Positions 51,982-63,300 of a stretch of 64,000 bases of DNA are shown piece after piece. The DNA lies in NCBI GenBank assembly GCA_051599415.1, contig AP039711.1:1-64000 (forward strand), read 5' to 3'. The stretch's first letter is position 1, and each line of letters opens with the position of its first letter. The position numbers and the translations under genes were made by a program. The notes beneath the pieces are model-generated. The model had not been told where the DNA came from. It saw only the letters and a list, made by a program, of their open reading frames with translations, and searched no databases. The DNA comes from Savitreella phatthalungensis (taxonomy: Eukaryota).

Positions 51982-54900
51982 ATGTCGTCCAAGGATACCC
52001 TTGTACAGGATGTTGGAGCTGACAAGAAGCTGCCAGCTGCAGTGCGCTCTCTGACAGATCCAATTGACGCTGCACTGGCTGTAGCAGACGTCAAGAGTGC
52101 CAAACATGCTCCTAAAGCCCTCGCTACCTTTCACAGGGCACTCTCTGACGGCCGGTATACGCTTACAGATGCTCAATCAAAGCTCCTCCCAGATGCTCTA
52201 TCTTCCCTTGCAGGGATGTCTCAAGAATGTGAGCTCAAGGTCCTCCAGCTCTATCCTCTGCTTGCGACGTCACTTGCTCCAAAGCTCCACGGCACCTTTC
52301 TACAGGACACTGTGGCCATGGTGATACCTTTCTGCTCAAAGCCTGGAATCTCAGGCAGCATAGCGACAGCGGGCCTCCAGCAACTGCTCGTCGTTCTCTG
52401 TGATCGTGATCGGCCAGGCAGTGCATCAACGACGGCCGACGCAGGCTCTGACGATGACAACTCCAGTGCAGACCTCCTACAGCTGATTGATGATCTATTT
52501 GAAGCTTTGGATGGGAAGCCGTGTAGCTTTGTCGAATTCGCCCAGCTTCGACCGGTCGCAGTCCTGGAGCTGTTGGAAGCACTCGTTGACAGTAAGCTCG
52601 TCGCTGCACATCCAACTGCGATGAATCTACCTGTCCTTACATCCGTCTTCGAGCGCTCCACGATTGCTCAGTGGGAGCAGGCAGTGAGGCTCGCTCGATT
52701 GTGTGGAAAGTTGCTGCCAAGACACGCATCAAGTCTGCTCCCTGCATGGCTTGCCATCGCACACGACTCTTCGACGCCGAAGCATGAGCTCGCACTCGAA
52801 GCCCTCCTCGGCGCTCTTCCAGCAATCGAGCACACTCACTGGCCACATATCGTCCAGGCTCTGTTAACATATGAGGCGGAGATTCCCGGTGTTGGCACTT
52901 ACAGCTATGCACAGCAGGGTCGTGGTGAAGAGGTCGTGTCTGTCGATGGCACTGAAGTCTTCTCGCGCGAGCTACCAGGCGGACTAGGTTCCTGGCTATC
53001 TCTAACCAAACCTCTCCTCTCTACGATCCACACTCCACCGTCGAATCTGCAACTCTACCGATATCTGCTCGTCTTCCGCCTTGTCTGCAAGCTCTGTAAT
53101 TCTCCTTCGGCATGCTGGCGCGACCTCCTCATTCTCATCTCTGCATTCCTATCATCCAGCATCTCGCGCGAGCTCGAAGGAGAACTCTTCACCGCTGTCG
53201 CCACAGCAGTCCGTGAGCTGGACTCTTCTAGCGGCCGTATGACTTACATGCGCCGCATCGGACGATCAGCTGTCTCTTCGTCCCTGACAGATGGTGGAAG
53301 ACCCACTTCACGCTCTCTGGCCTTTTTCGAGCTCTTCACAACCATCGTGCACGATCTGCAAGATTCCTTCGACGCGGCAACCTGGGTAGTCATCCTCCAG
53401 ATTTTCGCTCAGGCAGATGCTCTGTTTCGAGCAAGTATCTCAAGCAGAGCTCGTTCATCGAACGGTCCACCGAGCATCATGTCTGGCATACTGGGTGACG
53501 TCCCGCCATCTCCCGTTGAGCCTCAAAGGGACTCCTTCCGCCAAGCACAAGCGATCGACGATTTTTTCTCTGGCACCAAACGAATGCCGAACGATGCATT
53601 CCTGGTGTTCATCAATGCACTCTGTAGCTTCGACTCAAGCAGCCCGTTGAGTCCAAAGACGCCTTCCACGCCTCACTTCTCACCGCCTGGTTCCCCTGTA
53701 TCTCTCCACCGGCGACAGTCCTCACGCACGTCCATCTCCCTCCCGACAACGTCAGACTTCGATCTGCGTTCACTCGCGATCGTGACACAGGCCAACCTTG
53801 AGCGGTTCTCAAAGGACAACGCTTCATGGACAGCACTGTCTTCCCACCTGAAAGCGGCGTGCCTGCAGGAGAAAGACGCTGCAGCTGAGATTCTCGCAAA
53901 GGCCATCCTCGATCTCCTCCAGGCTTATCAAGTTACTGACAGGCCTGCACTGATCAATAACTTGACGGCGCTCGAATCATTCTCGGAACTGCTCGCAGAG
54001 ACTACCCTGTCGGTCATCTCCTCTACAGGCCACGAGTTGACTGCGGACGAGTGGCGCTCAGTCCTTTCTGCACTCTCACGCTGCGACGAGTCAGCCATCA
54101 GACCAGTCTACTCTGCAGTCCAACTGATTTGTAACGACTTTGTGTCTGACCTGCCTGCATTCGCACTCGCAGACGTCTGCCGCTTGTGCAGCACGCTCGT
54201 CAGGCAGCCTGACCTGAACATCGCTCTAACGGCAAGCAATTTGACAGGCGGCGTGCTCGTGTCTGCCGGTCATCGGGGTTCCGAGGCGCTGACCACGCTC
54301 TGGCCGGTGTATTCAGAGATTGTTCTTCTCCACTGCCAGGATCCACGTCCCGAAGTACGCGATCCAGCAATCCAGAATCTCTTCCTCGATCTGGATCGCC
54401 TCCCCGCAGCAATGACGACTGACCTGAAACGGCTGATCAACGAGCACTTGCTGGAAAATCAGCCGCCTGGTGTATCTGCCTCAACAGCCAGACTGCTCCT
54501 CACTTGCTCAAGCCGTGCGGTTGCCGACCAAGACGACGGTATCTTGTTAGGTGGTCTTGTCGGCTTCCTGACACAGCAGCTGCTGTCGATCGATAGTGAG
54601 GTGGTTGCGGTCGCTGCGCAGCAGACTGTGTCTCTGCTATCGAGTCGGCAGGGTGCAGAGAACATTGGGGCGACCCTTTGGCCTCAGTGGCGGACGAGCG
54701 TTTTGACATGTCTGTCGCCGCAGCATGCGGCTCTCCAGAGACTGCCGCAGTCGGTCGTCGCCGCATTTGCAGGAGCCCTTGTCAAGTACCATGGTCTTGG
54801 CGTCGGCCCTGACCAGCACCATCTAGAGCTCGCTCGCCTTGCACTCCTGTACGATCGATCATCTGACTACCTACTCGACTTTGACTACCCCTCAGAAACA

Positions 54901-55857
54901 CAGAAGGCCGTCCTCCAGCTCATCAGTGCCATCGAACCATTCCCTGTCGGTGTGCTCGGAGCTGCTTTGGAAGAAGCCCTCACAAGAGATGCATCACTGT
55001 ACCCGGAGGTGAGATCGCGTCAGTCAGCGGCCGGCTGGTCAGGTACCCCGACCTTCATTGCCTTTGCAGACAGGGTTCTGATTCTGGCAGGCGAGCGAGC
55101 GGCTGATTTGACACGGATGCGAGGTGCACTCCGAGTGATGGTCGATACTCGTGCTGGAGCATCTGCCTCGTTGTCATGGAAGCCGCGAATGCCTGCTGGT
55201 GCAAACGCAGGCACAGGCGCAAGCTTGACGCTGTGGAAGCGAGCATCGACGATGATGCAAGAGTCAGGAGACTTAGGTCTTGCAATTGACGCCCTATCAG
55301 CACTCTTCATCTCTAAGCCCAGCAATGACGAAGAGTTCATCCTCCAGGCACTCAATCGCTTACAAGCGACTGCATTGCCGAGGCTGGAAGCAGCTGCTCC
55401 TGAGCAGCAGTCGCGGTACGTGGCTGCACTTATCGCCGGCTCGAACTTTGTCGACGACGAGGGAACTCCATTCACCGACCAGATTCTGAGAGAGTGGTGT
55501 TGGCTTGAGCTCCTGCGTCTGTCTTCGCGTGACGGGATGCCCTCAGGTCTGCTTGATGGCGCATGCGACCGCGCCCATCACGTCGTCAACACCTATATCA
55601 CGGCCTCCCCACTCCGCGGCAACGCACCACTCCAAGACCACGCACTCCACGAACTACGTGCACTCCTACAGCATCTCGCAGACACCTCGATCGATCATCC
55701 AGCACACAAGATGTTGCTCAAGCGCGTCTTTGAGGGTTGTGTCGAAGGTCTTGTCCATGCAACAGCTCACGCGCCAGAACATCCAGGCAGTCAAGCGCTA
55801 GCAGGACTGTCCAAGGACTTCAAGCGCGTTGTACTACGTGCAGGACAGCTCTTGTGA
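51982..55857 (+). CDS. MON2: Mon2-like ARM/HEAT endosome-Golgi trafficking protein
   Basis: LKVLQ in a DCB-like N-terminus; VQLICNDF, QPDLNIALTA, DPRPEVRDPAIQNLF and PLRGNAPL motifs. Confidence 0.8.
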   Translation: MSSKDTLVQDVGADKKLPAAVRSLTDPIDAALAVADVKSAKHAPKALATFHRALSDGRYTLTDAQSKLLPDALSSLAGMSQECELKVLQLYPLLATSLAPKLHGTFLQDTVAMVIPFCSKPGISGSIATAGLQQLLVVLCDRDRPGSASTTADAGSDDDNSSADLLQLIDDLFEALDGKPCSFVEFAQLRPVAVLELLEALVDSKLVAAHPTAMNLPVLTSVFERSTIAQWEQAVRLARLCGKLLPRHASSLLPAWLAIAHDSSTPKHELALEALLGALPAIEHTHWPHIVQALLTYEAEIPGVGTYSYAQQGRGEEVVSVDGTEVFSRELPGGLGSWLSLTKPLLSTIHTPPSNLQLYRYLLVFRLVCKLCNSPSACWRDLLILISAFLSSSISRELEGELFTAVATAVRELDSSSGRMTYMRRIGRSAVSSSLTDGGRPTSRSLAFFELFTTIVHDLQDSFDAATWVVILQIFAQADALFRASISSRARSSNGPPSIMSGILGDVPPSPVEPQRDSFRQAQAIDDFFSGTKRMPNDAFLVFINALCSFDSSSPLSPKTPSTPHFSPPGSPVSLHRRQSSRTSISLPTTSDFDLRSLAIVTQANLERFSKDNASWTALSSHLKAACLQEKDAAAEILAKAILDLLQAYQVTDRPALINNLTALESFSELLAETTLSVISSTGHELTADEWRSVLSALSRCDESAIRPVYSAVQLICNDFVSDLPAFALADVCRLCSTLVRQPDLNIALTASNLTGGVLVSAGHRGSEALTTLWPVYSEIVLLHCQDPRPEVRDPAIQNLFLDLDRLPAAMTTDLKRLINEHLLENQPPGVSASTARLLLTCSSRAVADQDDGILLGGLVGFLTQQLLSIDSEVVAVAAQQTVSLLSSRQGAENIGATLWPQWRTSVLTCLSPQHAALQRLPQSVVAAFAGALVKYHGLGVGPDQHHLELARLALLYDRSSDYLLDFDYPSETQKAVLQLISAIEPFPVGVLGAALEEALTRDASLYPEVRSRQSAAGWSGTPTFIAFADRVLILAGERAADLTRMRGALRVMVDTRAGASASLSWKPRMPAGANAGTGASLTLWKRASTMMQESGDLGLAIDALSALFISKPSNDEEFILQALNRLQATALPRLEAAAPEQQSRYVAALIAGSNFVDDEGTPFTDQILREWCWLELLRLSSRDGMPSGLLDGACDRAHHVVNTYITASPLRGNAPLQDHALHELRALLQHLADTSIDHPAHKMLLKRVFEGCVEGLVHATAHAPEHPGSQALAGLSKDFKRVVLRAGQLL

Positions 55858-55980
55858 ATGTCTCCAGTCATGTGCATCCACCGGAATCTAGTCTAAGGAC
55901 AAGTCATCTCATTCTTCGGAGCTTACGGACTCTCTTCCAGACGACCGAGACAGATCTTCAGGGGCTTTCAGGGCGTCCGG

Positions 55981-56090
55981 GAGTGTCGAGACCGCTGAGA
56001 GTGTCGAGACCGCTGAGAGTGTCGAGACCGCTGAGAGTGTCGAGACCGCTGAGAGAATCGAGATTGCTGCGAAGGTCGAGAGCGTCGAGA
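55981..56090. repeat. 18-bp minisatellite (GAGTGTCGAGACCGCTGA)x4 plus degenerate copies
   Basis: Copies start at 55981, 55999, 56017 and 56035. Confidence 0.9.
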
Positions 56091-56882
56091 CAAGTTGTTA
56101 AATGAATCCGAGGGAAAGAAGAGGTCTGCGGGGTAATCTGACGTTCTTCTCGATTCCTATTGGACAATAAGCGAGACATTTCAACGGCCCAATCTGAGCA
56201 AGGTCAAACCGAGGAAATCATAAAAATTTCTACCAAAAAGTCCCTTCGACAGACGGAAGATGACGTTCACTCACTCTGGAAAGCCTCAACCAGGTACTCA
56301 CTACTCTGGAGCATCTACCAGAAAGCTCACACGACTGGTTGACATTGCAGGGAGCACACATCACCCAGGAATCAGCGAGAAGCAGAAGAAGGTTCATCTG
56401 AATAGATGATGGCTTACTTACCCTCGGCAACTCGAAGACTCTCTTGAGTCGTTGGAGCTAGTCTAGTCAGTCCAAGTCACCACGTTACAGTCTCCCATCT
56501 CACTCACTCGCTCATTCACTCGCTCATTCACTCGCTCGCCCGCTCTCTCCCCAGATTCTTCTCTCCCATTCGTCCTCTTCAGGCCAACCAGCTCAGTATA
56601 GTAACTTCGGGGGAAGCCTATGGCATTACCCGAGAGGAAAGTAAACGCAAAGGCAAGGAAAGGCGAAGAGTGGCTCTGAGTTGCCCAGGATCTCCGCCAT
56701 CAATCACGTCTGCCTACCCATCCCATCTTGCACGACTTTTATACTTCCATCGCATTTCATGCCCAGACCAGGATCGGCGTGCAGTATAAGACTTCCCGAC
56801 CTTGCTCTTGTAACCACTCCAAATCCAGCAAACCAACAGCAATAGTCTCTCTCACTCTTTAGGAGACCGACCTCTTCACATC

Positions 56883-58088
56883 ATGTTGTCGACATTCCTT
56901 ACGACCGTCCTCGCAGCTGCAGCAACAGGCGTCTCTGCACAGACAGCCTACCAGCGCGCTATCCCGCCGAGCCGCGACTCCTGGTACACTGCACCGAACG
57001 GCTACGAACTCACACCTCCAGGCTCTGTCCTCCGTGTTCGTCAGGCGCCTGGAAACTTCTCGTCCTACAACGCAGCTGCGGTCTACCAGCTGCTCTACCG
57101 CACGACCGACTCGCTGTACAATGCCACTTTCGCAGTCACCACCCTTTTCGTGCCAAAGACATCCACCGGACAGGCATTCCTCCAATACGGTATCCCCTAC
57201 GACACTGCCGATGTCGACGCTTCCCCATCCTACACACTCGCCACGTCCCCAGTGACAGACATCGCGAACGGTCTCGCGAAAGGATGGTACGTTGCGACTG
57301 CCGACTACGAGACGAAGAAGGCTTCGTTCACTGCCGGTGTAGTTTCTGGTCATGCTACGCTTGACTCGATTCGTGCTGTTCGGAGCTCTGGCTTTGGCCT
57401 GCTGGAGAATGCGACGGTGGCGCTGTGGGGCTACTCTGGCGGTGCGCTCGCTTCCGAGTGGGCCACCGAGCTCCAGGTCCAGTACGCTCCTGAGCTGAAC
57501 ATCTCCGGCGCTGCTCTTGGCGGCCTCACCCCCAACGTCACCTCCGTCCTGCTGGCCGTGGACGGCAGCATCGAGGCTGGATTGATCCCGGCTGGGATCC
57601 TCGGTCTCGCCTCCCAGTACCCTGGCGCTCTTGACCTCCTGAACTCGACCCTGAAACAGTCTGGCCCGATGAACGCCACTGGCTTCTTCGCCGCTCGCAA
57701 CTACTCACTCACCCAGTCGATTGTCGCGTTTGCAGGCCAGCGGATCACCGACTATTTTGTGAACGGGATCATGGAGCTGTATTTGCCCCAGCTCATGCGC
57801 ATCACCAACCGTGACGGCATGATGGGATACCACGGCACTCCGGACACTCAGCTGTACGTGTACAAGGGCACTGCTGACGAGGTTTCCCCTGTCGCTGACA
57901 CCGATAACTTGGTCAACCGATACTGTGCCAACGGCGCAAACATCCTCTACGACCGCAACGCCAATGCCACTCACGTCAACGAGGCAACCTACGGCGCTCC
58001 AGCAGCTGTCCAGTTCCTCACCAACATCTTCGCAGGCAACTACTCACAGACTGGCTGCACCATTCGCAACGTCACTGTCAGGGCGTAA
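56883..58088 (+). CDS. Secreted lipase (LIP / CAL-A-like family)
   Basis: Signal peptide; YQLLYRTTD, ADYE, GHATLDSIRA and WGYSGG nucleophile motifs; DEVSP and H motifs. Confidence 0.92.
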   Translation: MLSTFLTTVLAAAATGVSAQTAYQRAIPPSRDSWYTAPNGYELTPPGSVLRVRQAPGNFSSYNAAAVYQLLYRTTDSLYNATFAVTTLFVPKTSTGQAFLQYGIPYDTADVDASPSYTLATSPVTDIANGLAKGWYVATADYETKKASFTAGVVSGHATLDSIRAVRSSGFGLLENATVALWGYSGGALASEWATELQVQYAPELNISGAALGGLTPNVTSVLLAVDGSIEAGLIPAGILGLASQYPGALDLLNSTLKQSGPMNATGFFAARNYSLTQSIVAFAGQRITDYFVNGIMELYLPQLMRITNRDGMMGYHGTPDTQLYVYKGTADEVSPVADTDNLVNRYCANGANILYDRNANATHVNEATYGAPAAVQFLTNIFAGNYSQTGCTIRNVTVRA

Positions 58089-58286
58089 AATTTCGTAATT
58101 TGTCTTCCTCTTTTATCTTCTTAATACCATACCTACCTACCAACCACTCGAGCGTGACCTCGTTCGGTATGTGCGCGTGACTAGGCCTCGGTGAATCGTG
58201 GCAGGACGATTCCGGCGGTGTCATGTGAAGGAGTATTGGAGGTACAAAAAGGCCTGGAGAACTGTCCTTCTCGCACAGCAACGGTG

Positions 58287-60365
58287 ATGTGGGTGTCTTC
58301 GTATGTGGTTCTCTTAGGAGGCTCGATATCGATCGTGCAAGCGCAATCTCGAATCACCCTCACAGGATCGACCTCCTCAGGTACACTCACGGCCACACAA
58401 ACACCAACACCAACACCGACGCCGACGCTGACGCCGTCCCCAAATATGAGCGTCACCGGGAGTGTGTATCCGAGTGCTAGTCCATCATTCAATACTTCGT
58501 CAGACGACGAGTCCGAGGACGACGAGCGATCTGTGATGGGTAATGACGGGTCGATGTCTGGCGGTCGAGAGGATTCGTTTACCTCGTCGGATGACGATTC
58601 CGAGAGTGAGAGCAATGACGACGATTCTGACTCCGATAGCTCGAGATCGTACTATGACGTTCGATCTCGGGCTTGCTCTCGCGATCAGCAGCGGACGATC
58701 GTCTGGTCGACGAGTCGCACACAGGGTATTCGATCGCTTTTGCCTGCATCGCTGAACGAGAGCTTGTCGGGTCACGTTGTGAGGGAGTATCGGCGGTTGA
58801 ATGGGATTGTGTTCTCCGAGACCCTCCCTGCGTCTGTGGTGTCTGGGCTTTGGGCTGTGCGGGGTGTGAATGTGGTCTGTGATGGTATCGTTGGTGACGG
58901 GAACGCGTACGCTGACGGTGGGAGTGACGCGGAGGACGTCAAGGTACAGCGGGATGCGCCTTGGCAGTTGTCGAGACTCGCTACTGGACATCAGCCGTCC
59001 TTCAATCTCGACACGGGATCTTATCGGGGCGACGATTCGAGCGAGCTGGATTCCGACAGCGAGCGCGACGATGCACCTGCGCCTGACGATACAGACTCCA
59101 GGAGCGAACGCAGCGACTACAGCGATGACGGCGACGCTTCGAGCGATTATGCCGACTCGAGCGATGACGAGAATTGGCGACACGCAAGACCTCACGGCTC
59201 AACGACCGCGCGTGGCGGAAGAAGTCGACGGCTTCGGCGTGTCTACCAGCTGCGCTTGCGCGAAAGGCGGTACCAGTACAGGTGGTCGACCAGCCGTGCG
59301 GGAGAAGGAGTGTTTGTGTACATTCTTGATCGGAAGATCGACCGCCGGTCGCCGGAATTTCTCGTCGAGATTGGTCGGGGTCCACTGCCGAGACGGCTGT
59401 GGGACAGGACGGGGATTAGTGGATATTCGGACCGAACGGCTGGCGATAATGGTGGGATCAGGACTCGCGTGGTCAGGGTGTTTGCACAGACGCAGTCGAG
59501 TTACTGGCCTGGCGAGGTCGAGGGCCAGCACATGCAAGGCTTCATTCATCACGGGACTGCGCTCGCTGGTCTCGTGGGTTCCGGCAAGTACGGCGTGGCG
59601 AAACGGGTGACCCTGGTATCTTACGACGTGTACGGCGGCGCTAGAAGGACGCGAATGTCGGATCTCGTGGAAGAGCTCGACAATGTGTGGGACGACGTGG
59701 AGAATCGAACTGGTGGCAGCCCCACGGTTGCCGTCTTCACCATCACCGAGCAGAACCCGTACTACAGCGACCATAATCCAGGCCCAGTGCAAGAGATTCT
59801 GGAGTCCTTGGTGATTGCAGGTATGCACGTCGTCGTCTCTGCAGGCAATCAGCCTGTTGATGCTTGCAGATTGTCGCCGGCGCGGTCGAGGAGACTGATT
59901 ACGGTTGCTGGGCTGGACACATTTGGGAAGTCTCTGGATCTGCGGAGTGCTTACGGAGATTGCGTGGACCTGGTTGCACCGAGCGTTGGACTGCTGACGA
60001 CTGGTTGGCGACAGTTTCACTCACCTCGTCAGGTATCTGGGACGTCGTTCGGAACTGCACTCGTGGCTGGCGTGATAGCTCAGTGGATAGACAACGCACG
60101 AGAGCGGTCGCAGGCCGTTGGCAGTGGCAGTCTCGCATACAGTCCCGAGCGCATGAAGCGGTGGCTCGTTCGCAATGCTTGGACAGACAAAGTTGAGATG
60201 CCTAGAGGAAGGGAAAACACGCCGAACTTGGTGATTCGTTCTAGACCTGCAGGCGCGCTTGATCCCGGCGCTACACCCGCAGTCGACCCATCACATCGGA
60301 ATCCAGACTTTGCAGAGAGTGATTCGGAAGCTTCGAGGCCATCGAACGGGACGGAAAGCGACTGA
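58287..60365 (+). CDS. Divergent secreted S8 subtilisin-like protein with acidic Ser/Asp-rich insertions
   Basis: Signal-like MWVSSYVVLLGG; APWQLSRL, VYILD, HHGTALAG, SAGN and SGTSFGT motifs. Confidence 0.8.
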   Translation: MWVSSYVVLLGGSISIVQAQSRITLTGSTSSGTLTATQTPTPTPTPTLTPSPNMSVTGSVYPSASPSFNTSSDDESEDDERSVMGNDGSMSGGREDSFTSSDDDSESESNDDDSDSDSSRSYYDVRSRACSRDQQRTIVWSTSRTQGIRSLLPASLNESLSGHVVREYRRLNGIVFSETLPASVVSGLWAVRGVNVVCDGIVGDGNAYADGGSDAEDVKVQRDAPWQLSRLATGHQPSFNLDTGSYRGDDSSELDSDSERDDAPAPDDTDSRSERSDYSDDGDASSDYADSSDDENWRHARPHGSTTARGGRSRRLRRVYQLRLRERRYQYRWSTSRAGEGVFVYILDRKIDRRSPEFLVEIGRGPLPRRLWDRTGISGYSDRTAGDNGGIRTRVVRVFAQTQSSYWPGEVEGQHMQGFIHHGTALAGLVGSGKYGVAKRVTLVSYDVYGGARRTRMSDLVEELDNVWDDVENRTGGSPTVAVFTITEQNPYYSDHNPGPVQEILESLVIAGMHVVVSAGNQPVDACRLSPARSRRLITVAGLDTFGKSLDLRSAYGDCVDLVAPSVGLLTTGWRQFHSPRQVSGTSFGTALVAGVIAQWIDNARERSQAVGSGSLAYSPERMKRWLVRNAWTDKVEMPRGRENTPNLVIRSRPAGALDPGATPAVDPSHRNPDFAESDSEASRPSNGTESD

Positions 60366-60378
60366 GTATGTATAGCCT

Positions 60379-63300
60379 CTAGTGCAGACCGCTATTAAGG
60401 ACGTCTCGAAGGATGCCGTTATTGCGCGTGACAGAGTCGAGTGCCCGTTTGCCAGCGGTGAAGATCTTTGGTTGTCGTTTGGGTCCAATGCCGCCGATGG
60501 TGAGACGGACTGGTACGGCTGGATGTGCTGGGGGCATGGGTAGAGGAGGAGGGAGAGCATCGATGAACTTGCGTGGGACATGCATCTCGTGAGCGCCGGG
60601 AAGGAGGTCGAATGCCCAGCCGTTAGCATGGACAAGGTTTAGGAGCTTGTTTAGAAGTTGATCGCCTCGGGCGAGTGTCGACTGCGAGCCGATGATGATG
60701 AGCTTCTTCCTGGCGCGTGTGAGGGCAACGTTGACACGACGCCAGTCTCGAAGGAGATCTCCCACAGCGCCCTGAGCATTAGACCTGACAAATGAGATCA
60801 GTATCACATCCCGATCACGGCCCTGATACTTGTCTGCCGTGTCGACCAGCACTCGCGGATGCTGGCCGTCCATGTCGCGCTGAAGCTGCTTTAGCTGTGC
60901 GCGGTAGGGGGAAATGACGCCGATCGATTCGCTCGACACGCCCGAGAGGACGAGTGCGTCTACAAGTGTTCGGATGAGACGTGATTCGACCACGTTGATA
61001 AGCTGGTCGCCTTTCAGTTTCTCTTGCGCTTCCTGAATGCCATCCGTGTTGAGATAGACCACAGTACGCTCAGGGGCGACGACGTGGGAAAGCCAGCACT
61101 TGGTTCTGGCTGCACAAACGACCTTTGGGGCATTCGTCTCATCGAATCGGTGCATGAGATCGAGCTTCTTGAGGTTGAGGTTATCGAGTCGCTGAGCTGC
61201 GATGCTAGGTGTTCCGCACTTGAGTCTGGAGTCGTAGACGAGCGCATTGGCGAGTGACATGATGTCTGCATTCATCCTGTACTGATGCTCTAGCTGGACA
61301 ACGGCTGCCGGATGCGCCTCACTCAGGAGCTTGAATAGGGACACGTCGAGACCTCCAGCGAGAGCGTCTGTGTCTTTGACGAGCGGTGGCAGCTGGAAAT
61401 GGTCACCGACAAGCACAAACCTGTCTGCGAATCTGAGCGGTCCAAGACAGACAGGCAAGGTGATTTGGGAAGCTTCGTCGACGATGCAATAGTCGAATCG
61501 CCTTCTGCTGAGACAGGCGTGGTTGATGGAGAGACAGGTGGTTGCGACAATTTGAGGCTCATCGTAGTGCTTTCGGAGCTCATCAAAATCTTGACAGTCG
61601 TGGCGCTCGAGTGAGCAGTGCTGCTGTACTGAAGGGTGAATCTTGTGAGGGCTGCCGAGACGGAGGACTTTGGGATCGTTGGCTCTACCACTTGCGAGCT
61701 TGAGGAGGATCGTGTCTACGGCAGAATGTGTGTAGGAAGTGAGGAGGACTGACTTGCCTGCAGCGACGAGCGCTCGAATGATGACTGCGATCGTTGTCGT
61801 CTTGCCTGTGCCAGGCATGCCGAGGATGAGCGCATAGTCCTTGGCAGCTAGAACTTTGTCTTTCGCCTTGACTTGGTCGACGTTGAGGCCTGATTGCGTG
61901 AAGCCACCGTACTGCGTTCCGCCCCGCTCGAACACTGGTTCAGCCAGATCGATGATTAGATCGCGGTGGCGAGCTGCGCCAAGGTAGTGCGTCTTGTTGT
62001 CCGCGTCGAGCATGAGCTGGATGAGGTTGTTGCGGATCATGCTCATCCCGTTCTTGTACTCGTCTCGGTCGAGTCTGTATCGGATGGTGTTTGGGGTATC
62101 CTTCGCACGCTGCATGCCCTTGAACAGCTGGCGTGAGATGGCGTCAAAGTCATCGAGCGGGCTTCTAGAGTCTCTCAAGGGTCGATCGACATGAACTTCG
62201 ACCTCGTGTGGTGTGATCCTGGTGATGAATCCGCTAGCAATCGCATAGACGCCGCGCTCGTCGGAAATGACAATTGGATCCTGCTCGGCAATGTGTCCAT
62301 TATCGAGAAAGGTGTGCTCGTGATGAGCCCGCTGAAGTCTATACGTCCACTGCATCATCCTGCCGCGCTCCGGCTCGTGGTGCTCGCTGCCTGGGACAAC
62401 AATGATCTGCGCATAGCATCCGCCACGAGCCTCTCGCTCCTTCGATGTCATATGCCACAACTCGTCCCTGAATCTGAAAAGTTGACCTTCCTCCTTGGTC
62501 ACCAGCCACTCCCACTTGTTGAAGAAGTCAAGATGCTTCTTGGAGAGATGCTTCGTCCTCTCCAGGAAGACTTCTTTGAGGCCGGAGGTGTCGCCGTCGC
62601 CGTCGTCGAATGCGCGGTGATACACAAAGCAGGCATCACCAGCATAGCAGCTCTTGCATCTGTACGCGTTCTGGAGCATGCTCGGCAGACTTTTTGCCTT
62701 GATATAACCAGCGAGCTCGTTGCGCATCTGGATCAGACCTCTGACCTCGTTGTGCTGCCTGACGACGCGTGAGGTCTGGCAGGTCTCGAGGTAGTAGAGA
62801 TACCCTGCTGTGACATCGATCCCGTAGCGCTCCGACATCATGAGTGTATAGAGGATTGTCTGAGCGCGGTGACTTGCAACAGAGCGCTCGGCATTGCCGG
62901 TCTTGAACTCTAGCGGTGCCGCATGCAGATCGTCACCGACAGCCATCGTCGTCGTGACATCTACGTTACCCTTCAGACCGTAGAGTGGCGACCAGAAGCG
63001 CTCTTCGACCTCGAGAATCTCCCTGACGCCGAGCGCCACCTGCCCGACTGCTCGGACGTCATGACCACGAGTGGGCTGCGGCGCACTCAGCTTGTCTGGA
63101 CCGACGTACTTGGTCGCCCACTGCTGGAGCAGGAGCGTCTTATCATACAAGTAGTCCTTGGCAGCCGGAATGCTCTCGTCGAGCAAGAAAAGCTGCTCGA
63201 GGTTACTCTTAGTTTGACGGTCGACTTCTGCGCGGACAAAGCTGTCGGAGAAGTCGTCCTTGAGGAGGGCGGCTTGAAGGACTTCGTGAAGGATGCTTCC

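Noticed and set aside
55981..56090. CRISPR-like array
   Set aside because: Repeats are contiguous with no spacers, in a eukaryotic context with no cas genes.
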